From Lama guanicoe (taxonomy: Eukaryota), in NCBI GenBank assembly GCA_013239625.1, contig MU053934.1:9259352-9323351 (forward strand): a stretch of DNA of 64,000 bases, written 5' to 3'. The notes beneath the pieces are model-generated. The model ran no database searches. It saw only the letters and a list, made by a program, of their open reading frames with translations, and was not told the DNA's origin. Positions within the stretch are counted from its first letter, which is position 1. Every line of letters begins with the position of its first letter. The position numbers were made by a program, and so were the translations under genes. This document shows, piece by piece, positions 11,531 through 23,965 of this stretch.

Positions 11531-13009
11531 TAAAATTTCCTGACTGTATTTGCAAACAAAGACATGAGTAAAAATAAAACAACTTTTTCAAATGAAAATT
11601 AATGTTCCTCAAAATTCTGGGTTCTGTAGTTACTTTTGAAAGTCTTTCATGTTTAGATCCTATTTAAATGTATTATAACTTACTGTAAGTTTCTTTATTT
11701 TTATTTAACTTATCTGTATCTGTATGTCAGAGTGTAAGAACATCTACATAGCATAATGTTTGCACATAATTAAAAAAAATGTTTTTAATCCAAAGTTTAG
11801 GCTTTGTAGATCTGATTGTACTTTTTCCATTAATCTTAAAGTTTTAGACTAGATTTGTAATTGTTAAACATTCATAACATAATTATTTTTTAGCTGCCTT
11901 TTTTGGGGGGAGGGGCACCCTTCAGCTTTTCACATCCTGATGTGAAGAGCCATGAGCAGGCAAACTATTAAACCCCTTTCTTCTGTTAATGATTTCTTTC
12001 TGTTTGAATTGTTCTTAAGCAGCATATTTGCCTGTTACATCTTGAAACTTAAAAAAATTGATTGCTGTTCCTAACTATTTTCTTCAGGCCATTGCTCTTC
12101 GTGGAGGTCAGAGCATGTTCTGCGCGTGGGTACCGGCTGCCCTAACGGTTACCCACGGAACTGGCTGAGGGGCTGTTCGCAGAGCAGTGAGTGCGTGACG
12201 GGTGTGTGCTGGTGTTTCCCTCTGTGCTGCTGTAAAATGGGTCGGGGAGCAGGGCCCTTGCTCTGTCCTCATGCCAGGCCAGCGCCTGCCTTCTCGGCCT
12301 GTGCCAGCCCCGTGTGCACTTCCCAGCCTGCATTCGTGACCCCAGTGCCCGTAAGGTGGCCTTTAGAACTCGGGGTCACAAGGCGCCTTCTCTGCGAAAC
12401 CTCAGGTCCATCAGGGCAGCTTCCTGCGCCACGCTCCCCTCTGCACCCTGCCTGTCTGCTCTTCACTGTGCCCTCTGCCCGGACCCCGGGTTTCTGTGCG
12501 TAAAGATACTACTGGTGGTTAATGCTGGTGCGTACTGCAGCATGCGTGCTGGTGTTCTCACGTAAGGCGTGGTGTGGTCCACACACACGAACGACCACTG
12601 GCAAACCCGGCCGTGTACAGAACGGAATTTGGGTACCGCTCGGTTTTGCTGTAGCAAGCCCTGCTCCTTGCTAGCCACCCACCACCGCCGCTTGTTCCTT
12701 GCTTCTCCCTTAATGATTAGTCTTTCATGAAACCCCTTTCCCTTGGTCTTCGTGGGTGACGAAGGCTAATCTGCCCTCTATGCCAGGTGCACATTTTTCC
12801 ATTTTCATTGATAAGCTTCGATACCATAACTGTGTGCCTGACTAGTTGGGAAGTTCCAGGCAGGCCGTTGACAGTGTCCTGGCCTCGGGGTCTCTGAGCA
12901 CGGGCTCCTTGCCTTTCCTCACCTTGTAATATTTGGATCCATAAATACACGTGATGCTTACGGAGGAACTTGCAACAGATAGAAGGCTTGGAGTAGGACA
13001 AAGAATCCA

Positions 13010-13200
13010 GATGAGTCTTAGAGAAACCCAGATTTGCCCCTTAATTTCACCACCTTTTAGCTGTGTCAGTTTGGACAAGTGACTTAGCCTCTCTGAATCT
13101 CAGCTTCCTCGTGTGTAAAATGGGAACTGTAACACAGGCCTTATGGGGTTGGAAGGATTAACTGTGATCACTTACGCAAAGTATCTAACAATATCTGGTG
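13010..13200 (+). mobile_element. MIR SINE
   Basis: tagctgtgtcagtttggacaagtgacttagcctctctgaatctcagcttcctcgtgtgtaaaatggg matches the MIR core. Confidence 0.85.
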
Positions 13201-15294
13201 TCCCTTACCAGCTCCTTCTCTCTCCCCTTCCCCCGCCAGCCTCACTGTGAGAGAGGAGATCGAGTTCCTTCCAGGGTCTCCCCATTGTGTGTGTTTAAGC
13301 AGAAAGTTGTAGACAACACTTGCAGGCATTTACTAAGTGTAGAGTAATCCTCATATTCCGTATTCTATGTTTATTACCTTTCCAACAGATGGGACATTGG
13401 CAGGAAGCAAACATGAGATCTTTCTTTAGAATGAGAATCTCGTTTTTTTCCTCCTCTCTTCAGTTTGTCCACAAATGCTTCTGAGTGGAACTTCTCTTTG
13501 TTACTGTCTAGTAAAGCACTGAAGTGTTTTCTGTGCGGATGCCGAAGTCTGTCGTAGCTCAGTTCTGAGAGGGTGCTAAGGGACTTGTAAGGCACAGGTG
13601 TGTGGCCTGTCTCGGTGAGACTGTGCCTTCCTCTGTCAGAAACAAGCCGCAGAGAACCTCGGCTTATTGATTTGAAGATTGAATATATAGGCAAGAGCCG
13701 GCTTGCTTCGAATTCCACTTCTTTGTAATGTAATCCCAGTTCAAGAAATATGTCAGAATTCATAAATCAAACTGTCACCATTAGTTTCCTGAACATGCAG
13801 TTCCTGTTACAGTAAACGAAATTAAAATTCCCACCTGGGGGACACGTATTACGGTGTAGTTTGTTGCAGCTGCACATTTTTCCCTCTTAAAGGCCCCCCG
13901 ACCTCTTCCTGTATCTTGCAGTGTGATCAGCTTTTTGTTTTGTGGGGAAGGCGTGACATTATTTGAAAGGAAGAATCATACCAAATAGATAAACACGATA
14001 TAGTAATTGATTGTTGTCCGTTCCCGTTGCCTGCTAGCTGGGCTCCACGCCCTTCCTCCTGTGAGTCCCGCGAGTCTTCCTCACCAGCCTGTAGGCTCCC
14101 GGAAGGTGGGACACGCCGTGTCTGGCTGTGGCACGCCTGCCCCAGCACCTGCAATGAGAGGAGTTACTGGACGCTGGCTGAGTTCACCGTGTTACCGGCT
14201 AGTCAGAGCGCGGGGTGGCGAGGTCACCTGCTTGGAGCCAGTAGCTGGCTGACTTCCGACCTCCGGACCCGCTTCTCCTGCTCTCTCTGCTGCTTCCGTG
14301 TTCACTGCAGAAAGAGGGTTTGAAATCTTTGACAGCGTGGTGTGAGCCCTTAAGAGGGGGCACCTTTTGTCAAACAGCACGTGTGGGACTGCTTTGTTCT
14401 TGCCGGCAATCACGTTCCTTAGCTCTTCTGAACTGTCTTCTTCGTGGTGAAGGGTTCTAGTCTCGCCTTGACTCCTTGAGACTCCTGTGGAAAACTGCGC
14501 CCGGGGACACACGTGGTTCTCAGAAGTGTGATTCATATTCTAGATACCAAAGGGAAGACGGTGGGGAAGTAATTTTTTGCCTGTGGTGACTCACAAGTTT
14601 GCAAAAGCCTGGGACCCCGTTTTCTTTACTGCCCCGTATGATCAGTTTCTAGACACCAGGGGTTTTAAACGGATTTGTGTTTGAAGTAAAAACAGTATTT
14701 CGCTGTATTCGTATCAAGAGACTTAGGCGAGGGGAGGCAGCCGCCTAAACTGAGAGGGAGGCCTTGTTCCCGGGTGGAAATACGGAATATTGTAAAGGCA
14801 CTAATGGTTTTTAGACCCATTTATTTGTTTATTGCTAGGCCAATTAGAATCGTGCTGAGGGAGGAATCCCAGAATTTGGACAAAAGATGAAAATAACTGA
14901 AGAATTATCTCAACAGTTCTAAAATAAACTCTAAAGTTAAAATAATCAACGATGTAAGTGCCTAAGTGTGTAGGTGAGTGGAAGAGATCATGTCCTTTAG
15001 AAACAGACACCTGAGAAGTTAACACGAGCTCAGAATCCCAGAGAGAAAAGGAGTTTGTCTTAAAAGTGAACCCGGGATAATTGATCAACTGTTTGGAAAA
15101 AGCTCACCTCACTGGGAATAAGCACCAGCGTAAATTTGGAACTGATTAAAGAGTAAGATATTAAAGATGTTAGACATCTTGATAGTATTCAACTTTTTTC
15201 AGAATAACCAAAGATATTTTATGGATTAGAAATAATGAAGATTATCATAGATTTGGTTCTAAGTAAGTGAGAAACTCAGGCTCGAACCAGCCTA

Positions 15295-15475
15295 ACCAAA
15301 TGAACCTGGGTTCTGCTAAATGCTAGCTGGGTGACCCGGAGCAAATTATTTAGCCTCCCTGCAACTCAGTTTACTCACCAGAACCCAGGTCGTATTCAGA
15401 AAGGGCGGCTGTGAGGAGGAGACGTGGCCGTCCCTGTCAGAGGTAGGATGAGCACTCAGTCACGGTCGGCTGCGT
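15295..15475 (+). mobile_element. MIR SINE
   Basis: acctgggttctg...ctagctgggtgacccggagcaaattatttagcctccctgcaactcagtttactca. Confidence 0.7.
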
Positions 15476-15709
15476 TTATGCTTATGCAGGTTTCAGCGTT
15501 ATTGATCATGTTACAGACAACCTACTTTTTTCATCAATTGGAAATGTTTCAGTAAATTATAGTACTATTACATGAATCCAATAAGAATCATGTTTTCAGA
15601 GAGCCTGTACTCTGTTGGTACAGTACTCATGACATCGTGATTGGTGGGAATTCATAGCGGGACACACCATTATATTTCATAAGCCCCCGCTTTTGCATTT
15701 TTTAATCTC

Positions 15710-15885
15710 TGTGTTATATATATATTTGCACAAATACGTATGTGCATGGCAAGATGACCCCAAAGAAGTACACTACAGTATTAATAGTAGTTATCTCTGG
15801 CTGGTGAGATTAAGGACGTGTTTCTTTTTTTCCGTTTATTTTTTGTAATTTTTACCATGAACATGAATCACTTTACTAATAACAG
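15710..15885 (+). mobile_element. L1ME-type 3' end fragment
   Basis: ttaatagtagttatctctggctggtgagatta...tttaccatgaacatgaatcactttactaat. Confidence 0.55.
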
Positions 15886-16864
15886 GAGAATACTGTTAAG
15901 AAGGGAAAGGGGTACGAATCTAGAATTCTGGGCTTTCTCTGTGACAAGAAGAGAGTATGCTGAGTTCAGTAGTGATAGAAGGAATTCCTTCTTTGTTCTG
16001 CTTTCAGAGAAGTACAGCACCTCGACCCCTCCTGCCCGAGACCTGGGGGCTTTCACAGTGACAATTGCAACTGTGTTTTTAATAGAAGGATTTTTTACAA
16101 GCAAAACATTAGCGTAGGCTCTGGATAGTTTTGCCAGCAAACAATAGCTGAGATGGGGGTGGTAGGTGGGGTGTGTGTGTAAAAGGCGGGAGGGGGAGAA
16201 AATAATAAAGCTTATTCTTCCAACGTATTAAACATTATTTCTTTTCCCCCTTCAGAGGAATAGGAATTCGAATTCATCTTTTATTGTCAGGTGTTCTGGT
16301 TTGGGTCCATTAGCTTTTGCGGAGTGCATGAGTCTTCAAGATTTCTACTACATATCTCAACTTAATAAAATCTGAGAGCTTTTGACGTTGTGAGATTTCT
16401 CTGTATCTCCCCAGGCTTCGTTTCTTTGGTTAAATGAGAAAAGTGCTCTTATTTCAAATGTTAGAGAGTTCTCTCTTTTCTAAAAAAAATATAATGGAAC
16501 TGTCTATCACACATCTAAAACAGTTTTGATCTTTAGCATATTTCTTTTTTTTTTTCTGGCAGCAACTGAAAATTAAGAGGATCAAAGTTGCATTCCTATA
16601 CAAAGCCTTTTTTTCCATCAACACTTGAAGTCACTGTTGGACTGCTCCCCTGCCACCTTTAAAAGCCTGTTGCTTATCTCGTTCCAATAGAATTTAATTT
16701 CATACCCATCACATTCTAATGGACCAAGAGTGATATTTAATCTCAGGCCGTGGAGTTTAGTTTGAATTCAAATCTGCTGCTGTGTTGCAATTAAGAGTAA
16801 AATCAGGAATAATTTTGACTCCAAATATAAATGAACGTGCTATTTGGCATCGCGGTGAGAGCTT

Positions 16865-17390
16865 TTAGTTCATTTCAACAAATCTGTATCTGCCATATGC
16901 TGTGTACCAGCAAGTACTCTGGGTGCTGGGAACGCAGAGATGGATTTGGCCTCGTGCTTACTCTCAAGGAATTCACACTGTAACGGGGGAGACAGGTGTG
17001 AAAACAGTAGAATAAGTGGTGTGTGAAAAGTATTCAGAATGAGGACTAGAAACTTTCTAAGTCTTGGTACAAATGGCTCACCCCAGAGCTCAGGAAGAAC
17101 CTCTAGAATCTGGGCCTTGAAGGATGACCGAGAAAGAGACAGGTGGAAGAGAGGGTTGGCTTTGGAGGCAGAACAGCACCTGTGAGCAGGTGCGTGGGAC
17201 CCCGTGCTGTGTGCTGGGCTTCACCAGGACTGAAGTGGGAGGCGGGGTGGCAGAGGGGCAGGGGATGAGGCCAGAGAGGAGGCTGGCCCGCTGACTGTGC
17301 AGGCCTTTGTTTGCCAGGCTGATGGGCTCTGAACTCCACCGGAGGGTCTGTGAGACTTAGGACAGTTTCAGTCTTGGTAGTTTCATTAAA
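16865..17390 (-). mobile_element. L2 LINE fragment
   Basis: ttcatttcaacaaatctgtat...tgtgtaccagcaagtactctgggtgctgggaacgcagagatg...ctctcaaggaattcacact is the antisense L2 3' end. Confidence 0.7.
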
Positions 17391-20300
17391 ATATCTTTCG
17401 TTTCTGGAAGTGATCTAATCTTTTTCAGACACACTTATTCCTTCATTGTGTGCTCTCTGTGTGTATTTTGTCTTGAGGCATGCTGATTTTCTCTTTCAGA
17501 TTGTTTTTTGTCATTTCTAGTCCCTGGGATAGAACTTTTCTCGTGTGTTGCACCCCGTCCTCTGCCCGTCTCCATCTCTGCCTCTGGTTCTCTCTCCCGG
17601 TGACGTGCTATCGTTATTGCTGTAATGCAAGCTCATCTTCCTTGTGTCTCACGGTCCCTGGGTCGTGTGGGCTTGTTCTCACAGAGCGGTTGGCTTTCGC
17701 TTCCATCTCCTGGGGTCCTCAGAGCCCGTTTTTATATGAATGTAATTTCTTGACCAGGGATTCTAACACTGCACCGACGATGTAAATTTGGACCCAGCAC
17801 CTGCCTGAGGCTCAGGACGTGGCCGCCTGGGCTGGGGCTGCATTCTCCACTGCAGTTTTTCATTCCTTGTCCCTGACCGTTGCAGGCTGAAGGCCTCGGA
17901 CCCTCCGCAGTGGTCCTCGGACCGCAGCCTCCAGGGACTCGGTCCTGGCTGGGCCCCGGATCCCTCCTCTCTGCTTCCTACTCTGGCTTTTCATTCCCGG
18001 CGTCATGGGTGATGACCAGGCTGCCCAGGGGAAGGGTGGCGCCGAGGTCCCCTGGTTCCTGCAGGGGTCAGTCGCCAAAATGAGTCTCGTTAACCGAGCA
18101 GAGCTGCTGGGAGAGCACCCACGCTGGGGCTGCAGGGTTCGCTGTGAGCCTTCCCCCCGCCGCCGCCCCGCTCCTGACACCAGTACACCCTCACCTTCAG
18201 CAGGAAGGTGGGGAACTTCATTTGGGGAAAAAGAAAGCTCAAATTCTATTTTTTTTACTTACTAACAAGGCAGCTTGGGTACACGTCACTTCTCAGAGTC
18301 TTTCTTCGTCTGTGAAATGAGGTCACATTACTGGCCTCACACGTTTTTTCGAGGCTTCGGATATGCTCACAACGACCCCGTGCGAGCCCCTGCGCTGTGT
18401 GGGCTGAGCGAGCCGCTCTGTAGGCGTGTCTTGTTTCATCCTGTTCAGTTCCAAAGCCCGGCTCCCACTGTCCTTCCGCCTCTGTAACGACAGCGTGTAG
18501 GGAAGGCCCGGCCCGGTGCCCGGCTCACTGAACAGCGCTCTCCCCGAGGCCCTGGGAGCAGCGCCTCAGCCTCTCCACGAGGCTCCTGAGGAGGCAGCGG
18601 CCTTGAACTGGGGCCAGGGAGGGGGGCGGGGGCCGCGCCGGTTCCTGCTCCACCTGTGAGCTGCCAGCTGGTCGCTGCCCTTCCTCTGCACAGGCGCCGG
18701 CTTGCTCTCTCTGGTCTCCAGGGGGCTGCTGGGTGCCGGGCCCTGGAAAGGAAAGCCACGCGTGGGCCCTTGCTGGCCACGTCAGCCCTCAGAGCAGAGC
18801 CTCCCGAGGCCGCCTCAGGGGTGCTCGCGCCTGCACAGCGCTCATGACGCCTGAGCGCTGCTGCCTTCCCGGGAGTGGGGGAGCCTGAAAATTCCGTCAT
18901 CAGCCGTGCGCTTCCTTCAGTTCAGATTTATGTTGCAGCACCAGCTCACCTTGGAGAGGAAACGCCATGAAGCGCTCATCGGTCTTTTACATATTTGTGC
19001 GATGTGTTTCTGCCTTTTCCTGAGAGCAAGCTCGGTCATATGACTAGGAGAGACCAAGAGCCTCCCCCTCACCGGGCTGAACTCTGCCCGGTCGCCGGGG
19101 TCAGCTCCTCGCTCACGCCCTGTGCGCTGCTGCTGGCAACGCTCTGTCCGCACGCGGGAGTACCTACATTTTCTTTTGGAAAGCCATCAGTAATCATGGC
19201 CACTTATTAAGATCGGAAAATTAAATTTTAAACCTTATTTAAGACCCAGGAAATGTAAATTCTAAAATGAATAATAACAGAACAGTCACAGTCATGGAAG
19301 GAAGCAGTGTATAGTGCTTCCCGGACAGACTCCTTCCAGCCCTTCACTACGCCAGTGTGTTTGTCCTCACGGGATTTCGTAGAGCGGGGGACATGGTTAT
19401 CCTCATCTGATAAATTTGCAAACCGAGATCCATCAGGGTTCAGTGACGCGCCGAAGGTCGCACACAGCCAGTCGGTGGTGGGGCCACTTGAGGACCCAGG
19501 CGGCCTGGCCCCACGGCCTCCCGGCTGCCTGCGCCTCCTGGGCGTGGCCCACACTCCGTGTTGGCCACTGCTCTGTGATGGTTGTCTGCCGGGGACATCG
19601 TTGGCCACCCTTGGTTCTTCCAGTTTTCTCTGTAGGATCACAGATTCTGTTTCTCTTTGTAAATAAATGCAGAAAGAATATCCAGTATCAGTCTTTCAAG
19701 TGTAGGAGTGAAAATGATTTCTGTAAATTAAATCCTTCAGAATAGGATTCTCTTTGTTCTTCCAGACTGTTTGTAAGTAACTAACATTCTGAGTACAGTC
19801 TTGAAAAACTGATATTTCTGAAAAGATACCTTTATTAAAGAAAATTTCCCTGTTGATATATGCTATGTAATACACACACATACGCATGCGTACACTCATA
19901 TACATATATAAGCAGACAGAATATGTGTTCTTTAATCATTTAGAGACAATAAACTATTGGTATCAAAAGAAAATAGCTAAATAGCGATGATGAACTTCTT
20001 AAAGGAAATTTCCGGTTTTGTTTGACTGAAATTTTCTGAAGCGGCCCACGGGGCCGTCGTGTCAGCTCCCTCTGCTGAGGGTTGCAGGAAGGCGTGTCCC
20101 CGTGAGCGGAGGCAGCTGGTCAGCAGTCTGCGTGCTAGGCGGGTGGGTGGGGGTGGCTGGACTGTCTGTATTATTGTGCATCTGGTGTTACAAGCCCTTC
20201 CCCAGGCTGCGCCTAGCTCGTGTTACTCTCGGACATTTGAATAATTGGTTTAACGTGAGACTAATTTCTGGGAATGACTCATCGCTGTTTACTTGGTATG

Positions 20301-22611
20301 ATTTAGTGACAATGTTGAATTTACACGCTGGAAAAATCCGACAGGAAATTTTAAAAAATAAGTCATTTCCGTGACAGAGTGGGGGCAAGAGTGGGGTGGG
20401 ACTTGAGTTTTCATTGTTGAGCCCCGTGCCGTCAGCGCATGAAGACGGAGGAAGAGGGGACATGAAGGACAGGACTGAGATGAGACAAGAAATTCAGTTT
20501 CAAATGTTTTCTGAAGCAAATCTCACCCTCCTCCTCTCTGTGGCAAGGAACGACTTTGGTCCGCACCTGCAGCTCCGCACGGACAGCCCGGGGGCTGGGG
20601 GTGTGGAGGAGGCTGGGGAAGTCTGAGCAGGGAGGTGGTGGGGGGACGCTGACAGAAAAATCCGACTGGCAGGCCTCTGGGAGGGGGAGGGGGAGGGGAG
20701 GCGGGGAGGCGGGTCCCTCGCCTGCTGGAATTTCAGCCCTGGCAGCTTTCAACCTAATCCCCTTCTCTCCCCCAACCAAAACCAAAACAGAACAGAACAG
20801 AAATATCTCAGCGCGTCAGTGCAGAGAGGGGCAGCACCAGCTGATGTTTGCAACGCGGACGGGCAGGGGCCCTGCCTCCGCCCCGCCTCAGGTGCTGCCT
20901 GTTTGCAGGAGCTCCAGCAGCGGTGCCAGGCGAGGAGGCCCAGGAGCCCTGGCTCTGGGGCGGGAACCCTGGCCACAGGCGGGGACCCCACCCCTAATTT
21001 AGTCAGATTTAGAATTTTGCTGTTTCCCCTCCAGGGCCCCTGGAGAATGTGGTGGGGAGGTGGGGTTGGGGGCAGATGTTTCCTTGAGCATTTTGAAGAG
21101 AAAGAAGTCTGTCTTTTCTGTATTATGTTTAAGATAGATTCATCTTTAATCTTGAAAAATCATTTCTAGCAGTTTTAGAAGAACAGTAGTACAGCATCGG
21201 TGGATATGGACAGGACAGAAACACTTCACATGCACACAGGATTCAAGAAATTTTTAGTATGCTGACTTGATGCCAAGTTGTTTTGAAATTTTAGTTAATG
21301 TCAAAACTGTGACTAGAATTCTCATCTGAAATAATTGATACTTTATTCTCTTGTAAGTTGTTGTTCCCTTACAGTTTTTATGAACAGTTCACCTCAGCCT
21401 TATGAGAAAATTAAACCCTGATCCACTTTCTCCAGTCGTATTCATTTAGGTTACATTTATTAAATTGGAATTTACTAGACTTCTGTGTACACTGTTTATT
21501 AGTTTTATTTATCTTTGTAAAAGAGAAGGAAACACAAGTTCAGCCTTTGTGGTGATATGCAAAAATTCGAACTAAAGTCGACACTTCAAAGTTTGTCCTT
21601 GCAGACATTGACTTAGCTGTTTGTTACTAGAACAGTGCCGTGAGAAAGGCCCCGAGCAGGCTGGGGACCCCGGCCGCGTCGGCCCCCCACCTGCACCGCA
21701 CCCCCATCATCCTGAGCTTTCAGGGCTCCTGCCTGACCTCAGAGCTGCCACCCTGCTCACCTCCCTCGTCTGCATCATTTGCATCACAGGTCTGCAGTCT
21801 CCCGGGTGGACCTGGACCACAGTGCGCCAAACAGAGGCATGCACGCCCCTCGGCGTCTGCGTGTACGTCGCAGTGCGGGCTTTCTGGCCATGTCAGATCT
21901 GTGTAAAAGCCAGTTTCACTTTTACGAAATGTCGTGCCTATGGCTTGAGGTACCCCCTTTAGGGCTGGATGTCATGATTTCTGGTTCAAAACCTTACATT
22001 CAAAGTAGTGATCTTGAAACACCAAAGTTTCTTTCGGAAAAATACCACCCCTGTTTTCAGGCTGCTTCTGATGTGTTACCGTGCCAGTTCACAGCCCGGG
22101 AATTCTTGGTTAGTGCAGCGTTTCATGCTCTGACAATTATCTTTAAGATGTTGTTTTTAGGTTGCCAGGTGTTAGTTTAAACACACGCTGGGCTGTGTGC
22201 TTCGCGTGCATGCATGCCTACACCGCAGCACAGTGCCAGGAGCTGTAATTTACAGCGGAATGACAGAGCGGTGTGTAATGTTTTATATTTAGGGCAAGCT
22301 CCTGAAGTACAGATCTGTGTGACATCTCGTTTTTTAAAAGCCCGAGGCATCAGTAATCTTTACGGCAAGAATTCTAATGCTGTTATGCATTCCAGGCTTA
22401 CTGTCTATTCTGCCCAGTAAATATATGGCTTTTATGGACTTATAAATCATGACAGTAGGATTCATACGTATCCAAAAAAGAGGAGACTTAAATCTTTACA
22501 GAGTTACCAAGATTTGATGTCATTTAGCCATTATTCTTACTTAAAAGTAACATCCTTATCTGAAAGTGGTATATTTCATATCTTTGAAGGTAACTTTGAA
22601 AACGTATTGCC

Positions 22612-22900
22612 AGAGAAACAAGTATTTATTAAGAGCACACTGGGTGCCAAGCGTTGTGCCAAGTGCAGGAGAGAAGGAAGTGGAAGAGTGGCCCAGCCCT
22701 GAAGTAGCTCGGAGCAGAGGAAGATGCTGGAAGTAAGAGGTGACCCCGCCATCCGGGGAGCGTGTTTCCAGGGCAGAGGAGGGAAGGCAGCCCTGTGCGG
22801 CGGGGATGGAGGGCAGGGCCGGGCCTTCTCTACCCTGCGTGTGGCTCCGATGCCCGGAGGAAGGGCTTCGCAGGGAGTGGCCGCTGTGCAGACTTCCATG
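22612..22900 (-). mobile_element. L2 LINE fragment
   Basis: aacaagtatttattaagagcacactgggtgccaagcgttgtgccaagtgc. Confidence 0.6.
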
Positions 22901-23559
22901 ATGTCGTCAGCAGAGGCCAGGCTCACCTGACCGTTGGTAAATTTTTCCCTCCCTCTGTCCTTCCCTTCCTTCCTGAGGCTCTCAGTTTCGGAGAGTTTGG
23001 AGCTAAGGAAACCACCAACTGGTTGTGTCCATTGCTTGCTCCTCCCTCCCTTTCTCATTTACATGCAAACAGACTGCGCAGATTTTAAATGAATGGTTTG
23101 TTGGGGCAGACGTACGTACATCAGTGCAGCTGTCGCCCCAATCAGGACATAAAGAACATTTTCCTCTCCTCAGAGAGCTCCACTGTGTCCAGGCTGGGGA
23201 GTCGCGGCCCTGAGTAAGGGCTGAGGCTGGGACGGGGGCTCGGATTGCTCCTTTGTTTCCTTTGGAGATAGACTTGCTCCGGGAGGTCCACGTCCCTTTG
23301 CTCAGACTTCCCTGGGAGCAGTGGCCCGTGTCCCAGAGGTCCTGGCTCACGTGTGGCCTGCTTCAGGGCCTTTACAGCCGTCAGCCTGTCCATCTTCAGA
23401 TGACCTTTTGACCCTCTTCATGTGCTTTCAGTCGGGTTTCTTGCAGGCCAGGTGCCTCTGTGTGCGCGTCCCCGTTAACGTGGGTCTCTGTACGTTTAGA
23501 CAGCACGTTGGGCTTCGTTCACACAGCAGGGGTTAGAGTCCGCACCATGCTCATTACCT

Positions 23560-23770
23560 TGGCAAGCACTTACTGAGCGTCTGCCAGGTGCCAGGCTCTG
23601 TTAAGCTCTCGGGTTCAGAGACTGAGTCGGATGCAGTCCTTGTTCTAACCTGGGACTCGGGTAAACAGGGAGCTGCGACATGCTGTGGTCAGAGCCGGGA
23701 AGGTGAGTTAGCACTGAGGCTTCTGATCGAGACTTGGGTACCAGCAGAAGCCTCCTGGGAGCAGCAGGAG
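23560..23770 (-). mobile_element. L2 LINE fragment
   Basis: gcaagcacttactgagcgtctgccaggtgccaggctctgttaagctctcgggttcagagactgagt. Confidence 0.65.
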
Positions 23771-23779
23771 CAACAGCAG

Positions 23780-23965
23780 TGATGGTAGTTATGACTTCCT
23801 CAGTGCCTACTAGGTGCTGTGCACCGTCCTGAGTACTTACCTCGTCACTTACTTGGCCCTTTTGATGTTGTTTCTCCCATTTTGCAGATGAGGAAACTGA
23901 GGGCCAGAGAAGTTAAGTGATGTGTCCACGGCCTCACAGCTGTTCAGTGACACAGGCAAGAAATT
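23780..23965 (-). mobile_element. MIR SINE
   Basis: cccattttgcagatgaggaaactgagggccagagaagttaagtgatgtgtccacggcctcacagct. Confidence 0.88.
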
